Source: Vulcanimicrobiota bacterium (GTDB taxonomy: Bacteria; Vulcanimicrobiota; Xenobia; Xenobiales; JADMJV01). Taken from it: 64,000 nucleotides of DNA. The position numbers and the translations under genes are program-made. This document shows, piece after piece, positions 29,701 through 35,393 of the stretch. The stretch covers positions 1 through 64,000 of the forward strand of contig JBFWNU010000012.1 in assembly GCA_050250895.1 (NCBI GenBank). Reading direction: 5' to 3'. The notes below the pieces were generated by a model. It did not search any database and had not been told where the DNA came from. It saw only the letters and a program-made list of their open reading frames with translations. Position 1 is the stretch's first letter; every line of letters begins with the position of its first letter.

Positions 29701-31900
29701 AGGTGATGGTTTGACCCGGAGCGCTGATTTCGACCGTGTCGCCGAGCGCACCCACCAGTCGGATGTCGTTGATTCCGTCGTTGCTCAGGTAGATATTGCC
29801 GGGGAACTCGCCTCCCTCAGCGAAGACGGCCACATCGGGTCCGATGGCGATGGGGTTGGCCGGCGTCCCGATGTCGCCCACATCAGCGTAAAGGTAGATG
29901 GAACTTTCGTCGAGCCCGAGCAGGTTGACGGTGGCGGGCCCGGCCAGGATGGTGGTGCCCACGATGTCGAGGGAGAATCCCGGTGAGATACCCTGGGCGT
30001 GAACCACCTGATCGACGGTGACGGTTCCGAAGGTGGCAATGAGCGCGTCTTGCACGATCGTCAGCGCCGTGCCGTTGGCCGAATCCCCCAGCTGAATGTC
30101 GCCCAAACCGTTGTCGACGAAGAGGTCAAAGCTGCCGGTGCCGGTCGGACTGGTGAGGATGTTGACGTTCGTGTTGAGGGGGGCGCCATAGCCGTCACCA
30201 CCCTGCACCAGGGCCAGGCTCAAGGTGTTGGCAGTGATGGTGCCGCTGCCGGTGCCCAAGGTGCCGCCTCGGAGTTCGAGGTCGTGGGCGCCGACGTTGA
30301 TGCCCGTGGCGCCCACCGAGGCATCCTGGCTGTTGAGGTCGAGGTTGAGGTCGGCGGTGGGCAGATTGACGTCGAGAGTCTGGAACGAGTCGTCATAGCT
30401 GACCACCGTACTCCCGTTCTCGATGACGGTGATATGGCCGGCGCTGGTGCCCACGCTCAGGACGTTGAGCACCTGGTCGGCTACGGTAATGTCGATGTTG
30501 CCGAACCCGGTGACCTGAAAATTGCCGTTCTGGAGGCTGCCGGCGGTGTTGATGGTGATATCGGCGTTCTGAGTGCGAATGACGGTGGTGGGGTCGACGA
30601 AGAAGATGCCGTTCGTGGCCCCGGCGTTGGTCGTCGTCATGGCAAACGAGACCCCGTCTTGCAAGTCCAATATGCCGCCGTTGAGGGCGTTGACCTGAAT
30701 ACCATCGGTGGTCATCAGGGCGATGGGCGTGACCATGGCCTCGAGATCGTCCTGGTAGACCGTGTTCAAGGCGCCCATATTGGCGCCGGCCTCGAGGGTG
30801 AGAGTGATGGGGTCGAGCAAGAACAAACCGTGACCGTCGACGCCGCGAGCATCGACCGCGCCGGCCCACCGGATGGAACCACCACTTTGCTCGATGAAGC
30901 CACCCTGCCCGCTGGTGCCAGAATGCGCCTCGAGGCGGCTGCCCCGTTCGGTCATGGAAAGACCGTCCGAGAGGACTTTGACGCTGCCGCCATCGGAGTT
31001 GGCTCCCTGGCCGTTGGCGCTGAGCACGCCGGTGGCGGTGAGCACGGTAGCCCGGGTCGAGTCCATGATGATCGAACCGCCGTCGGCGTTGGTCGCTCCG
31101 TTGGCCTGGATGGTTCCGCTGTTGACGGCCACCCCTCGGGCGCCGCTGATGACGACCTGGCCGTCGACCACCTGCAGACTGCCGCCCTCGACCATGCCCG
31201 GATTCGAGATCACGTTGGCCAGGATCTGGCTGACCGACGCCTGGTCCATCACAATGATGTTCTTGTCGGTGGGAATGTCCCGGACCTGAAAATTCATCAG
31301 GCCGGTGCCGTCGAAGCTGACCACCGCTTCGGTTCCAGCCCCGATGGCCACCTGGCCGAGGTTGGCCACGATCAGGCCCTCGTTCGAGACCAACGGTGCG
31401 ATCAAGGCTACGAATCCGTTGTCGAGCACGCGAATGGTGCCCTGGTTGACGATGGAGGCCAACATCTTGTCGTTGACCTGGGTGAATACTTGATTGCCGT
31501 TGAGGAAGTCTTCGTCGCGGATGTCGAGCGTGCTGGCCGTGAAACTGCCCACATCGACGAGGGCATCGCGTCCCACCACGATCCCGTTAGGATTGATCAA
31601 GAAGATCTGGCCGTTGGCCTTGAGAGCGCCGAGAATCTCGGAGGGGTCCTGGCCCACCACGCGGTTGAGCACGGCCGCCAGACTGTTGGGTTGGATGAAG
31701 TGGACCAGTTCGCCAACATCGATGCTGAAACCGTTCCAGTTGATGATCGTCTTCTGACCGCTCTGGACGATCGTCATGGTGTTGCCGTTGTGCTGGATGG
31801 TCGCCTGACCAGAGGTGACATCGGCTCCGTCGGGCAAGGCAAATGCAGGTAGGCAAAGGCCTACCAGCGCAACGAGCACCTTGACTAGAATCCGTCGCAC
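11765..31900 (-). CDS. Giant filamentous haemagglutinin/TpsA-type exoprotein, ~6,711 aa
   Basis: GTG at 31900 after GAGAGGAG; signal peptide ending AFA-LP; TPS domain (IINWNGFSI...AVLNRVVG.DPS.I.G.LKANGQIFLINPNGI); T/N/G-rich beta-helix-type repeats. Confidence 0.93.
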   Translation of the reverse strand: MRRILVKVLVALVGLCLPAFALPDGADVTSGQATIQHNGNTMTIVQSGQKTIINWNGFSIDVGELVHFIQPNSLAAVLNRVVGQDPSEILGALKANGQIFLINPNGIVVGRDALVDVGSFTASTLDIRDEDFLNGNQVFTQVNDKMLASIVNQGTIRVLDNGFVALIAPLVSNEGLIVANLGQVAIGAGTEAVVSFDGTGLMNFQVRDIPTDKNIIVMDQASVSQILANVISNPGMVEGGSLQVVDGQVVISGARGVAVNSGTIQANGATNADGGSIIMDSTRATVLTATGVLSANGQGANSDGGSVKVLSDGLSMTERGSRLEAHSGTSGQGGFIEQSGGSIRWAGAVDARGVDGHGLFLLDPITLTLEAGANMGALNTVYQDDLEAMVTPIALMTTDGIQVNALNGGILDLQDGVSFAMTTTNAGATNGIFFVDPTTVIRTQNADITINTAGSLQNGNFQVTGFGNIDITVADQVLNVLSVGTSAGHITVIENGSTVVSYDDSFQTLDVNLPTADLNLDLNSQDASVGATGINVGAHDLELRGGTLGTGSGTITANTLSLALVQGGDGYGAPLNTNVNILTSPTGTGSFDLFVDNGLGDIQLGDSANGTALTIVQDALIATFGTVTVDQVVHAQGISPGFSLDIVGTTILAGPATVNLLGLDESSIYLYADVGDIGTPANPIAIGPDVAVFAEGGEFPGNIYLSNDGINDIRLVGALGDTVEISAPGQTITFDYIEGNTVNLTAATLNGLTNEGPVLFANTANLTADTIFADGGLNPLEVDVDTLLNVVTSGVANVDIDNFSNAALEVTASDGAVLITAFGGDFFDYFQMPGGTLDVIFSTPVTFHTSAAVDVSSADLTGTDLTIDSTNAVTGFGITADTLTVNGSTIDLVDSAITTSFTGMATGDLSFNDVGGSPLTIQATSAAGAVSIATDGDMMVAVLDAATVATLTTSSGNISSSGTVNAATLNIDAANNANLTTNVTSLNLINGSLVSINETDGLDVAGTASALTLIANGAVTSSGLVIDGVDLTTNGGDINLANADILDLTANTAGGNVTVVDPDAINVFDVQSAGGDVTITTQGVSNDLGVNLLDAGTGNVTLNSSGDIGPSQAFATIMGDTIDLTAGGDITMGTTLIGDMADLTAGGDIVVGTTLNTLIANASGNISVFENDDLDASAVSTGGGDIDLFANDNLMILAPGISTTGEVFLTSNVGDISSAVGGTVSGTNVSASANSITGLQTSVGDTLNLFANTGASFNDVGGGTVNLNALGTGTTTLDGSGATINVVTAAGFDTIGLTSTVGAITSSAPLVASTLNLNSATSLNLMTDADVLNVAATNGIILNEQDSITDLTVTSTNGDISVASGGTQTLNTVSTSGNVTLTVGDGNINGGTVTANTLTTLTPAGFVTLSTDIANLVATGVGVNITEANGLNANVNVSSGTATLTTSMGDLTGTVTAGTLNTNSAANTSLNTTVDTLSAIAGGNITINETDSLMLSTDTPGNVNITTNGDVTGTSIAGNTGTFITNGGNATLTTSLTTLIATTSNGNLTVNEADGLSLTANAGTGEVHVTSGGTINVAGVTTTGNTSLTTSAGNITGGTVTSSQLTANSAGTINLITDIGTLVAAAAGNLTVNEADALTVTATSTGGSVNLTSGGSMSVTSVNATSGNASLTTTSGDLLGGPVATGTLTTNSAANTALDTAVTSLNATAGGNINITETDGLNLAANSTGGGTINVTSGDAMAVNGVTTTGNANLSTSMGAITGGTITADNLNATGDSLNLVTTVNTLNAIANTGNIVINESDALGLNATGPGDLDLTVGDSVDLATLGGFTNISVTTTTGNITSSGTTSATNLTLNSAGIINVMTDVGTLVATSVGNLNVTEADALALTATSTTGNVFATAGGTLTVNGVTANAGNAVLTTTSGDINGGTVATNTLNLTSAGNASLNTSAAGLVANTTGNLTINEANTLVLSGTVGGDADVTSGGTLTLGNTDVTGTTSLTTTSGDINGGTLTGTSVTTNSAGNTSLTTDIDTLSAIAGGGVTITETDSLTLSTNSTGNVNITTMGDVTGTSIVGNTGTFITNGGNATLNTSLTTLVATTSNGNLTVNETDGLGLTANSGSGEVDVTSGGTISVAGVTTTGNTSLTTSAGDITGGTVTSSQLTANSAGTINLITDVGTLVASSVGNLTINEASALDLTATSTAGNVNVTSGGAMTVSSVTASAGNASLTTTSGDLTGGPVVTGTLTTNSAGNTTLGTTVTALNATSAGNINVTESDGLDLTANSTGGGTINVTSGDAMTVSGVNTTGNANLSTSMGAITGGTIIANNLNATGDSLNLVTTVNTLNAVATTGNIVINESDALALNATGPGDLDLTVGDSVDLATLGGFTNIAVTTTTGNITSSGITSATNLNLNSAGLINVMTDVGTLVATSVGDLTVSEANALDLTAASTTGNIDVTAGGALTANTVTATTGDVSLTSTTSTISGPGVVSGNTLDLQASSGIGPLNTAVTNLNANTTTGTITLNEADDANVNITSPGTVTLSSLAGSLTGTVTAATSQLIVDAGNDINLNTTIASLDAGAGGNITINETNALTINDVDTPNTFNLTASGNVNSGASRISAGTANLNAGTGQVNIQTDATNLNVTGGNSIFVDELDDVNLGVTGSGAATVLAQSGGNLNITGITGATVAVLNATGDVTGGTINSSTVAVNTAVNVNITTNVTLATINATGNVTVNDVNSLSIDATGTGDFNASAGSGVLNIAGATGFTNITATTPGQVTSGVTLVAPGTLTVSSGSGPLALTTDAGNIVATSAGDMTISEADGVSANLTTTAGNIDLSNTGVGHITFTGNATGGNILVNSTGDLMVAGSITNTAGRDTTLIAGGALTGGLITTDLLTANAGGLVDITTTVNSLNVTSATSNISVNETDSINITSATGPNAFTLIVGDSVDLATLAGFATIDVTTTTGNITSSATSNANDISLNSAGTINVQTNASTLNAIANGNLTVNELDDLDVTAQSVGGNIDLLSQTGSLNILGVTTPNTVTITTPAGNITGGLVNADTLNTNSSGNTTLTTTVNTMSAIAGGNISVTETDGLSIATNTANNVSVVATGLITSPGLVANSATLNSNGGDISVNTTVTNFTTAGVGGGNVTVNEADDVVLDIITSGSDIAVTAGGNIGWTNLNAGTGGSLNLTSTGGNISSVATMVADTANLDANGLINVQTMVNTLTAVANGAIDVLEADGLTVTATSNTGGPITITSGDTMVVAGVTTLGGTANLTTNSGDLTGGLISADTLNANAANDLDISTTVNTLNAVAGGNITINETDTLTLNASGPGDLNLTVGDSVDLSTLGGFNNIAVTTTTGNITSSGTTAANNLNLNSAGLINVMTDVGTLVATSVGDLTVDEADALALTATSTTGDVDVTAGGTITVNGVSATSGNAALTTTSGDINGGPVATNTLTVTSAGNASLNTTVTNLVANTTDNLTVNETDALNLSGTVGGDADVTSGGSMTLGNTTVTGTTDLTTTSGDISGGLLTGTTVNTNSAGNTNLNTTVDTVNAVAGGDITLNETDALTLSTNTTGNVNVITNGDVTGTSIAGNTGTFTTNGGNATLNTSLTTLVATTSNGNLTVNESDALTLNADTGSGEIDVTAGGSLTVANATTTGNATFTTTSGNLTGGTVTANMLTANSAGTLNLITDVGTLVATSVGDLAVNEADAVALNATSTGGSVDVSAGGTITVNNVSANAGDVDLTTSSGDITGGPVTTNVLTTNSAGNTSLNTTVGTLNATAGGDILANETDSLTLAAVSTGGGTVTVNSGDAMAVIGVTTTGNVNLTTAMGDLTGGQVVANNLNATADDNVNLNTTVNTLNVVAVNGNITINETDGLAINATGTQDFTLTLGDSVDLSTLGNFNNMSVTTTTGNITSSGTATANNLNLNSAGLINVMTDVGTLVATSVGDLTVDEADALALTATSTTGNVDVTAGGTITVNGVSATSGNAALTTTSGDINGGPVATNTLTVTSAGNASLNTSVVSLVANTTDNLTVNETDALNLSGTVGGDADVTSGGSMTLGNTTVTGTTDLTTTSGDISGGLLTGTTVTTNSAGNTNLNTTVDTVNAVAGGDITLNETDALTLSTNTSGNVNVITNGDVTGTSIAGNTGTFTTNGGNATLNTSLTTLVATTSNGNLTVNESDALTLNADTGSGEIDVTAGGSLTVANATTTGNATLTTTSGNITGGTVTANMLTANSAGTLNLITDVGTLVATSVGDLAINEADAVALNATSTGGSVDVSAGGTITVNNVSATSGNADLTTSAGDITGGPVTTNVLTTNSAGNTSLNTTVGTLNATAGGDILANETDSLTLAAVSTGGGTVTVNSGDAMAVIGVNTTGNVNLTTAMGDLTGGQVVANNLNATANDNVNLNTTVNTLNVVAVNGNITINETDGLAINATGTQDFTLTLGDSVDLGTLGNFNNMSVTTTTGNITSSGTTTANNLNLNSAGLINVMTDVGTLVASSVGNLTVNEADALALTATSTTGDVDVTAGGTITVNGVSATSGNAALTTTSGDINGGPVATNTLTVTSAGNASLNTTVTNLVANTTDNLTVNETDALNLSGTVGGDADVTSGGSMTLGNTTVTGTTDLTTTSGDISGGLLTGTTVNTNSAGNTNLNTTVDTVNAVAGGDITLNETDALTLSTNTTGNVNVITNGDVTGTSIAGNTGTFTTNGGNATLNTSLTTLVATTSNGNLTVNESDALTLNADTGSGEIDVTAGGSLTVANATTTGNATLTTTSGNITGGTVTANMLTANSAGTLNLITDVGTLVATSVGDLAVNEADAVALNATSTGGSVDVNAGGTITVNNVSATSGNADLTTSAGDITGGPVTTNVLTTNSAGNTSLNTTVGTLNATAGGDILANETDSLTLAAVSTGGGTITVNSGDAMAVIGVNTTGNVNLTTAMGDLTGGQVVANNLNATADDNVNLNTTVNTLYVVAVNGNITINETDGLAINATGSQDFTLTLGDSVDLGTLGNFNNMSVTTTTGNITSSGTTTANNLTLNSAGLINVMTDVGTLVATSVGNLTVNEADALALTATSTTGDVDVTAGGTITVNGVSATSGNAALTTTSGDINGGPVATNTLTVTSAGNASLNTSVVSLVANTTDNLTVNETDALNLSGTVGGDADVTSGGSMTLGNTTVTGTTDLTTTSGDISGGLLTGTTVTTNSAGNTNLNTTVDTVNAVAGGDITLNETDALTLSTNTSGNVNVITNGDVTGTSIAGNTGTFTTNGGNATLNTSLTTMVATTSNGNLTVNESDALTLNANTGSGEIDVTAGGSLTVANATTTGNATLTTTSGNITGGTVTANMLTANSAGTLNLITDVGTLVATSVGDLAINEADAVALNATSTGGSVDVNAGGTITVNNVSANAGDVDLTTSSGDITGGPVTTNVLTTNSAGNTSLNTTVGTLNATAGGDILANETDSLTLAAVSTGGGTITVNSGDAMAVIGVNTTGNVNLTTAMGDLTGGQVVANNLNATADDNVNLNTTVNTLNVVAVNGNITINETDGLAINATGTQDFTLTLGDSVDLGTLGNFNNMSVTTTTGNITSSGTTTANNLTLNSAGLIDVMTNVGTLVATSVGNLTVDEADALALTATSTTGDVDVTAGGTITVNGVTATSGNTALTTTSGDINGGPVTTNTLTVTSAGNASLNTSVVSLVAATGEDLSINETNALNLSGTVGGNADVTAGGTMTLGNTNVTGTTNLTTTSGNISGGQLTGTTVNTNSAGSTNLNTTVDTLNAIAGGNITLNETDSLTLSTNTTGNVTVTTNGDLTGTSVAGNTGTFNTNGGNATLNTSLTNLVATTSNGNLTVNETDGLNLTANLGSGQANVTAGNTLNVNGLNTTGNASLTTTMGDVTGGPVVANSLSVNAANSLNLTTTVNTMNVTVGQNIAINETDGLSISATGPGDFSLVLGDTVDLASLGNFTTMSVTTTSGNITSSGTTTSNFLTLNSAGSISAMTNVGTLVAIANGNITIGETDAVNLTANTTVGSVNVTSGGTMTVNGVSAPTGVNLTTTSGNITGGTVVTNTLTTNSAGSTNLVTNVATANSQAGGNLTLNEANALTLNANAGGAVDVRTGGPLTVNSLTTPGNAGLTTSVGAITGNVTANTLTTNANTTTNLTTTVNTLNATSGGNITVNETDSMNLATNTTGNVLVTTNGDLVGTSVRGNNATVATNGGNATLTTNLTSLNATTANGNLSVNEADALTLTTNTTNGNVTVVTGNTLTVNTINAGSGTVDLTASTGNIVEVSNTIYAANVIMAAPLGFIDVHTETNQLTATANTGVVVRNVGDLSSLYATSLNGDVVIRNEGDVFVDTMTSGAALQLFATGDILTVGPGYIQAGTNVALTAGGVITPLDGETPLEVQVGGDITVTTEDLFNGTSVTFTGSVVGSVFIGAGTPGKVFFNGVDLTFVAPIVDPPLDPGIIDDIGSNGNLDTDTGSNGGDSSPTPTSPTDFIGQINNLFDEDLNTELILNISIDEYGDIKVTLQKPSPYDQELNHSEDMSADDLLDLDIGEMGDVKVSLYYDPASDRIIMALDLSADALLDLGIDEMSEIPVNLKYELTKDPKMMDENLSADDVLDLDVAEYGELPITLILVRDPLLNLNELLNTDLQKLAEIPVSLAKLASGEFSLDLILDLNLAELGEIPIEEEDDDDASMR
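15254..21950 (-). repeat. Four near-identical 1,674-bp (558-aa) tandem units, each of about seven ~80-aa subunits carrying N-E-[TAS]-D-x-L; further diverged copies at about 13600-15250 and 24500-27500
   Basis: Antisense-ORF stops at 15344, 18692 and 20366 and starts at 15369, 18717 and 20391 are spaced by multiples of 1,674; boundaries approximate. Confidence 0.92.
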
Positions 31901-32011
31901 CCGTGGGTGTACTCCTCTCGGCACGTTATCCTTCGACTTCCCTGACAAAAACCATCCCGCCACCCAACATTTTTTGGTGGTGAATTCTGATTCCGCTGAG
32001 AGTGTTTTCCC

Positions 32012-32040
32012 TTCTTAACATGGGCATTAAGGTTTGTAAA
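32012..32040 (-). promoter_or_regulatory. Putative sigma70 promoter for the giant adhesin gene
   Basis: TTTACA-N17-TAAGAA with TG at the extended -10 position, in an AT-rich intergenic gap. Confidence 0.45.
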
Positions 32041-32082
32041 GAATCGAGCAGGAAAGCCTGTGGTCCACAACATCTTTTGGGG

Positions 32083-33153
32083 TTACTTTTCTGAAACATG
32101 CAGGTCTTTCAACCAGACTTGCTCGATCTCTGCGAGATCTCCACTCTCGCGCAGTTTTAACAGGGCTACATCCAATTCGAACAGCAAGGGACTGTCCTGG
32201 GTCACCGCAAAGCCGTAGTGCTGGCTGGAAAAGCGGGTCTCGGACAGCACCAGTTCCGGTTCGGGGTTCTTGAGCAGGTGATATTCCAGGGCGGGATAGT
32301 CAAACACTACGACATCCGCGTTTCCCTGGCTCACGAGCTCGATGGCTCGAGCCAGGTCGGGAGCGGTGACCAGGCGGGCTTGAAAGGCCTCGGCGGCGGC
32401 GGCCCCGGTGGTGCCCGCGATGACGGCGGCTCGCTGGCCCATCATCAACTCGGGTCGGTCAAGGGTGGCCGCATCAATGCTTCTCAGCGCCAGGGCGGTG
32501 GCGATTCCGGCCGTCAGGGTCGAAAACGACAGCGTGGCAACCAGCATCCAGATGCTGGTGAGAATGCGACCGGCCGTCGTCTTGGGCGACTTATCGCCAT
32601 ATCCCACCGTGGTCATGGTCACGATGGCGAACCACATTCCGTGCCCGATGCCGGCCGCACCCGGGGGAAACTCGTTCGAATTGGTGCTGCGTTCTACGGC
32701 CCAGACCAGCGTGCCCACGATGGCCAGCAGCGTGAAGAGAAAGGCCGTGCCCAAAATGAAGGCCCGCGAGAAGAAAGGCTTCACCCGTTGCCAGAGGCCC
32801 GACTCGCCGCGCCGCGACAAAAGCCCCAGGCTAGCCTCGAAATAGGGCTGGGTGAAGGCCACGGTTCGGGCTCGTTCGGCCGTGATGCTGATCGGGCCGA
32901 CGGCTACCGAGGCTTGATCGTTGCGAACCATTTCCAGCGCTTTGGGAACGCTCTCGGCGGGCACGAACTCATAGTCAAGCTCGGCTCGTTTGGCCAACTC
33001 TTCCCAAATGCGGATGGCCAGACCATCAGGGTGCTCGCCGGTACTGGTGATGAAAGGGGGCGACCCGGCCACTGCGACCTTGATCTTGTCGGCCAATCCA
33101 GGAGCGGACAGGGCCAGGAGAAGGACCAGCAGGTAGAGTCGAAGAGTCTTCAT
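32083..33153 (-). CDS. GluR0-like ligand-gated K+ channel (split SBP_bac_3 domain + TM-pore-TM)
   Basis: Signal peptide; ISITAERARTVAFTQPYF; WFAIVTMTTVGYGDKSPKTTAGR K+ filter; second SBP lobe (YGFAV...W). Confidence 0.9.
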   Translation of the reverse strand: MKTLRLYLLVLLLALSAPGLADKIKVAVAGSPPFITSTGEHPDGLAIRIWEELAKRAELDYEFVPAESVPKALEMVRNDQASVAVGPISITAERARTVAFTQPYFEASLGLLSRRGESGLWQRVKPFFSRAFILGTAFLFTLLAIVGTLVWAVERSTNSNEFPPGAAGIGHGMWFAIVTMTTVGYGDKSPKTTAGRILTSIWMLVATLSFSTLTAGIATALALRSIDAATLDRPELMMGQRAAVIAGTTGAAAAEAFQARLVTAPDLARAIELVSQGNADVVVFDYPALEYHLLKNPEPELVLSETRFSSQHYGFAVTQDSPLLFELDVALLKLRESGDLAEIEQVWLKDLHVSEK

Positions 33154-33575
33154 ACGATCGGTTCGTAGATAATAAACTGGCGAGTGTCCGCCCGGTAGGC
33201 GACCTCTTGATTTCCTTCCAGTCGAAGTTCGGAAGCCATCGGTCGCAAGTTGCGGGTGGCCAATTCGCAGCCATCCTCGGTCACCGTATAGCTGTGGTCA
33301 CCGACGCGAAAGGCCTGGCTGCGGGAGTCGAACTGATACACCTGGTCGCTGGCGCCGCCCAGAAAGTCGTAGCCCGAGGCCAGGGCGGGTTCCCAGTAGG
33401 TTTTGGTAGACGTGCCGTGACCCACGGTCATGGTGTAGTTGGCAATCCCGTCACCGTTGGTGTCGAGCACGACCGTGTCATTGGGAAAGCCGATGGGGGC
33501 GCTCTGGTGACAAAGGTTGATGGAGCGCAACACCCGGTTGCTCTCGAGAAAGACTTGCACAGGTTGGACATTCAT
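33150..33575 (-). CDS. Hypothetical protein, 141 aa
   Basis: ORF fills the gap between glnS and the channel gene; ATGA overlap; contains DTNGDG. Confidence 0.65.
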   Translation of the reverse strand: MNVQPVQVFLESNRVLRSINLCHQSAPIGFPNDTVVLDTNGDGIANYTMTVGHGTSTKTYWEPALASGYDFLGGASDQVYQFDSRSQAFRVGDHSYTVTEDGCELATRNLRPMASELRLEGNQEVAYRADTRQFIIYEPIV

Positions 33576-33630
33576 GGTTAGGGCCAGTCTAGCGCCTCGG
33601 CCCGACCAGCATGTTGATAAAAGGTTTCCG

Positions 33631-35316
33631 TCAGCCCGCCTGTTGTTTCTTGACCATCTTGGCCCAGGCGTCTTTGAGGGTCACGACGCGATTCATGACC
33701 AGCTTGTCCATGGTGGCGTCGGGGTCGACCACGAAATAGCCCTTGCGTTCGAACTGGAAGCGATCGCCCGGTTGGGCCGACTTCATACTGGGCTCGAGAC
33801 GTGCCTGCACCACCTCGAGCGAGTCGGGATTGAGAAACTCGGTGTAGTCCCGGTCTTTCTGGCCGTCGGGGCGTTCGACCGTGAAGAGCCGATCATAGAG
33901 GCGCACCTCGGCCTCCAAGGAGTGGGCGCAAGACACCCAGTGGATGGTGCCCTTGACCTTGCGCCCATCGGGGGTCGAGCCGCCGCGACTTTCGGGATCG
34001 TAGTGACAGCGCAATTCGACCACGTTGCCCTGGTCGTCTTTGACCACCTCGTCGCAGGTGATGTAGTAGGCCCGTCGCAGCCGTACTTCGCGGCCCGGCG
34101 CCAGGCGAAAGAACTTCTTGAACGGCTCTTCCATGAAATCTTCTCGCTCGATATAGATTTCGCGGCTGAAGGGCACGTCGCGAAAACCCATCTTGGGCGG
34201 ATCGTCAGGGTAGAAGGGAGCCTCCATGAACTCGACCTTGTCCTCAGGATAGTTGGTGATCACGACTTTGAGCGGGTCGAGTACCCCCATGACTCGCGGT
34301 GTCCGGGTGTTGAGGTCGTTGCGAAGGCACTCCTCAAGCAGCGAAAGCTCGATCCAGCTATCATTCTTGCTGACCCCGATCTTGTCGCAGAAGTCGCGAA
34401 CCGCCTCGGGCGTGTAGCCCCGGCGACGCATCCCCTGAATCGTGGGCATGCGAGGGTCATCCCAACCGGCCACCGTGCCCGTCTTCACCAGTTCGAGCAG
34501 CTTACGCTTGCTCATCACGGTGTAATAGAGGTTGAGGCGGGCGAACTCGATCTGTTGGGGGTGACACGGCACGTCGAGCTGATCCAGGCACCAGTCGTAG
34601 AGCGGGCGGTGGTTCTCGAACTCGAGGGTGCAGATGGAATGGGTGATCTCTTCCAGGGCGTCCGACACGCAGTGCGTGTAGTCATACATCGGATAGATGC
34701 ACCACTGGTCGCCGGTGCGGTGATGGGCTACCTTGCGAATGCGGTAGAGGGCCGGGTCGCGCATGTTGATGTTGCCTGAGGCCATATCGATTTTGGCGCG
34801 CAAAGTCCGCGACCCGTCTTCAAATTCACCGGCTTTCATGCGGGTGAACAGGTCCAGGTTTTCTTCGATGCTACGATCCCGATAAGGGCTGGGGCGGCCG
34901 GGTTGGGTCAGGGTGCCCCGATATTGGCGAACTTCCTCGGCCGACAGATCGCAAACGTAGGCTTTGCCCTGTTTTATCAGCGAAATGGCATAGTCGTAGA
35001 GCTTCTGGAAGTAGTCGGAAGCATGGTACAGGTGTGGTCCCCAGTCAAAGCCGAGCCAGCGGACGTCGTCCTTAATCGCGTTGACGTACTCGACGTCTTC
35101 CTTGGTGGGGTTGGTGTCGTCGAAACGCAGATGGCAGCGACCCTGGTGTTCGGCGGCCAGGCCGAAGTTGAGGCAGATCGACTTGGCGTGGCCGATATGC
35201 AGATAACCGTTGGGCTCGGGCGGAAAGCGGGTAACGACCTGATCGTGTTTGCCGCTGGCCAGATCTTCAGCCACGATAGTCCGAATGAAGTTGGGGGTCA
35301 GGGGGTCGGTTGCCAT
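33631..35316 (-). CDS. glnS: Glutamine--tRNA ligase
   Basis: [52 protein letters not shown]. Confidence 0.98.
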   Translation of the reverse strand: MATDPLTPNFIRTIVAEDLASGKHDQVVTRFPPEPNGYLHIGHAKSICLNFGLAAEHQGRCHLRFDDTNPTKEDVEYVNAIKDDVRWLGFDWGPHLYHASDYFQKLYDYAISLIKQGKAYVCDLSAEEVRQYRGTLTQPGRPSPYRDRSIEENLDLFTRMKAGEFEDGSRTLRAKIDMASGNINMRDPALYRIRKVAHHRTGDQWCIYPMYDYTHCVSDALEEITHSICTLEFENHRPLYDWCLDQLDVPCHPQQIEFARLNLYYTVMSKRKLLELVKTGTVAGWDDPRMPTIQGMRRRGYTPEAVRDFCDKIGVSKNDSWIELSLLEECLRNDLNTRTPRVMGVLDPLKVVITNYPEDKVEFMEAPFYPDDPPKMGFRDVPFSREIYIEREDFMEEPFKKFFRLAPGREVRLRRAYYITCDEVVKDDQGNVVELRCHYDPESRGGSTPDGRKVKGTIHWVSCAHSLEAEVRLYDRLFTVERPDGQKDRDYTEFLNPDSLEVVQARLEPSMKSAQPGDRFQFERKGYFVVDPDATMDKLVMNRVVTLKDAWAKMVKKQQAG

Positions 35317-35393
35317 AGGCTGGCAGGCTTCGCAGGCGGACAGCGATCTCCTTGTGCCAGGGTAAGCTGGTGGACCGTCGAAGCCCGGCAATT

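Noticed and set aside
12245-31852. Many very long + strand ORFs (up to 1,604 aa) opposite the adhesin
   Set aside because: Shadows caused by GC3-biased Thr/Asn/Gly codons that rarely create antisense stops; Val/Pro/Leu-rich translations with no domains
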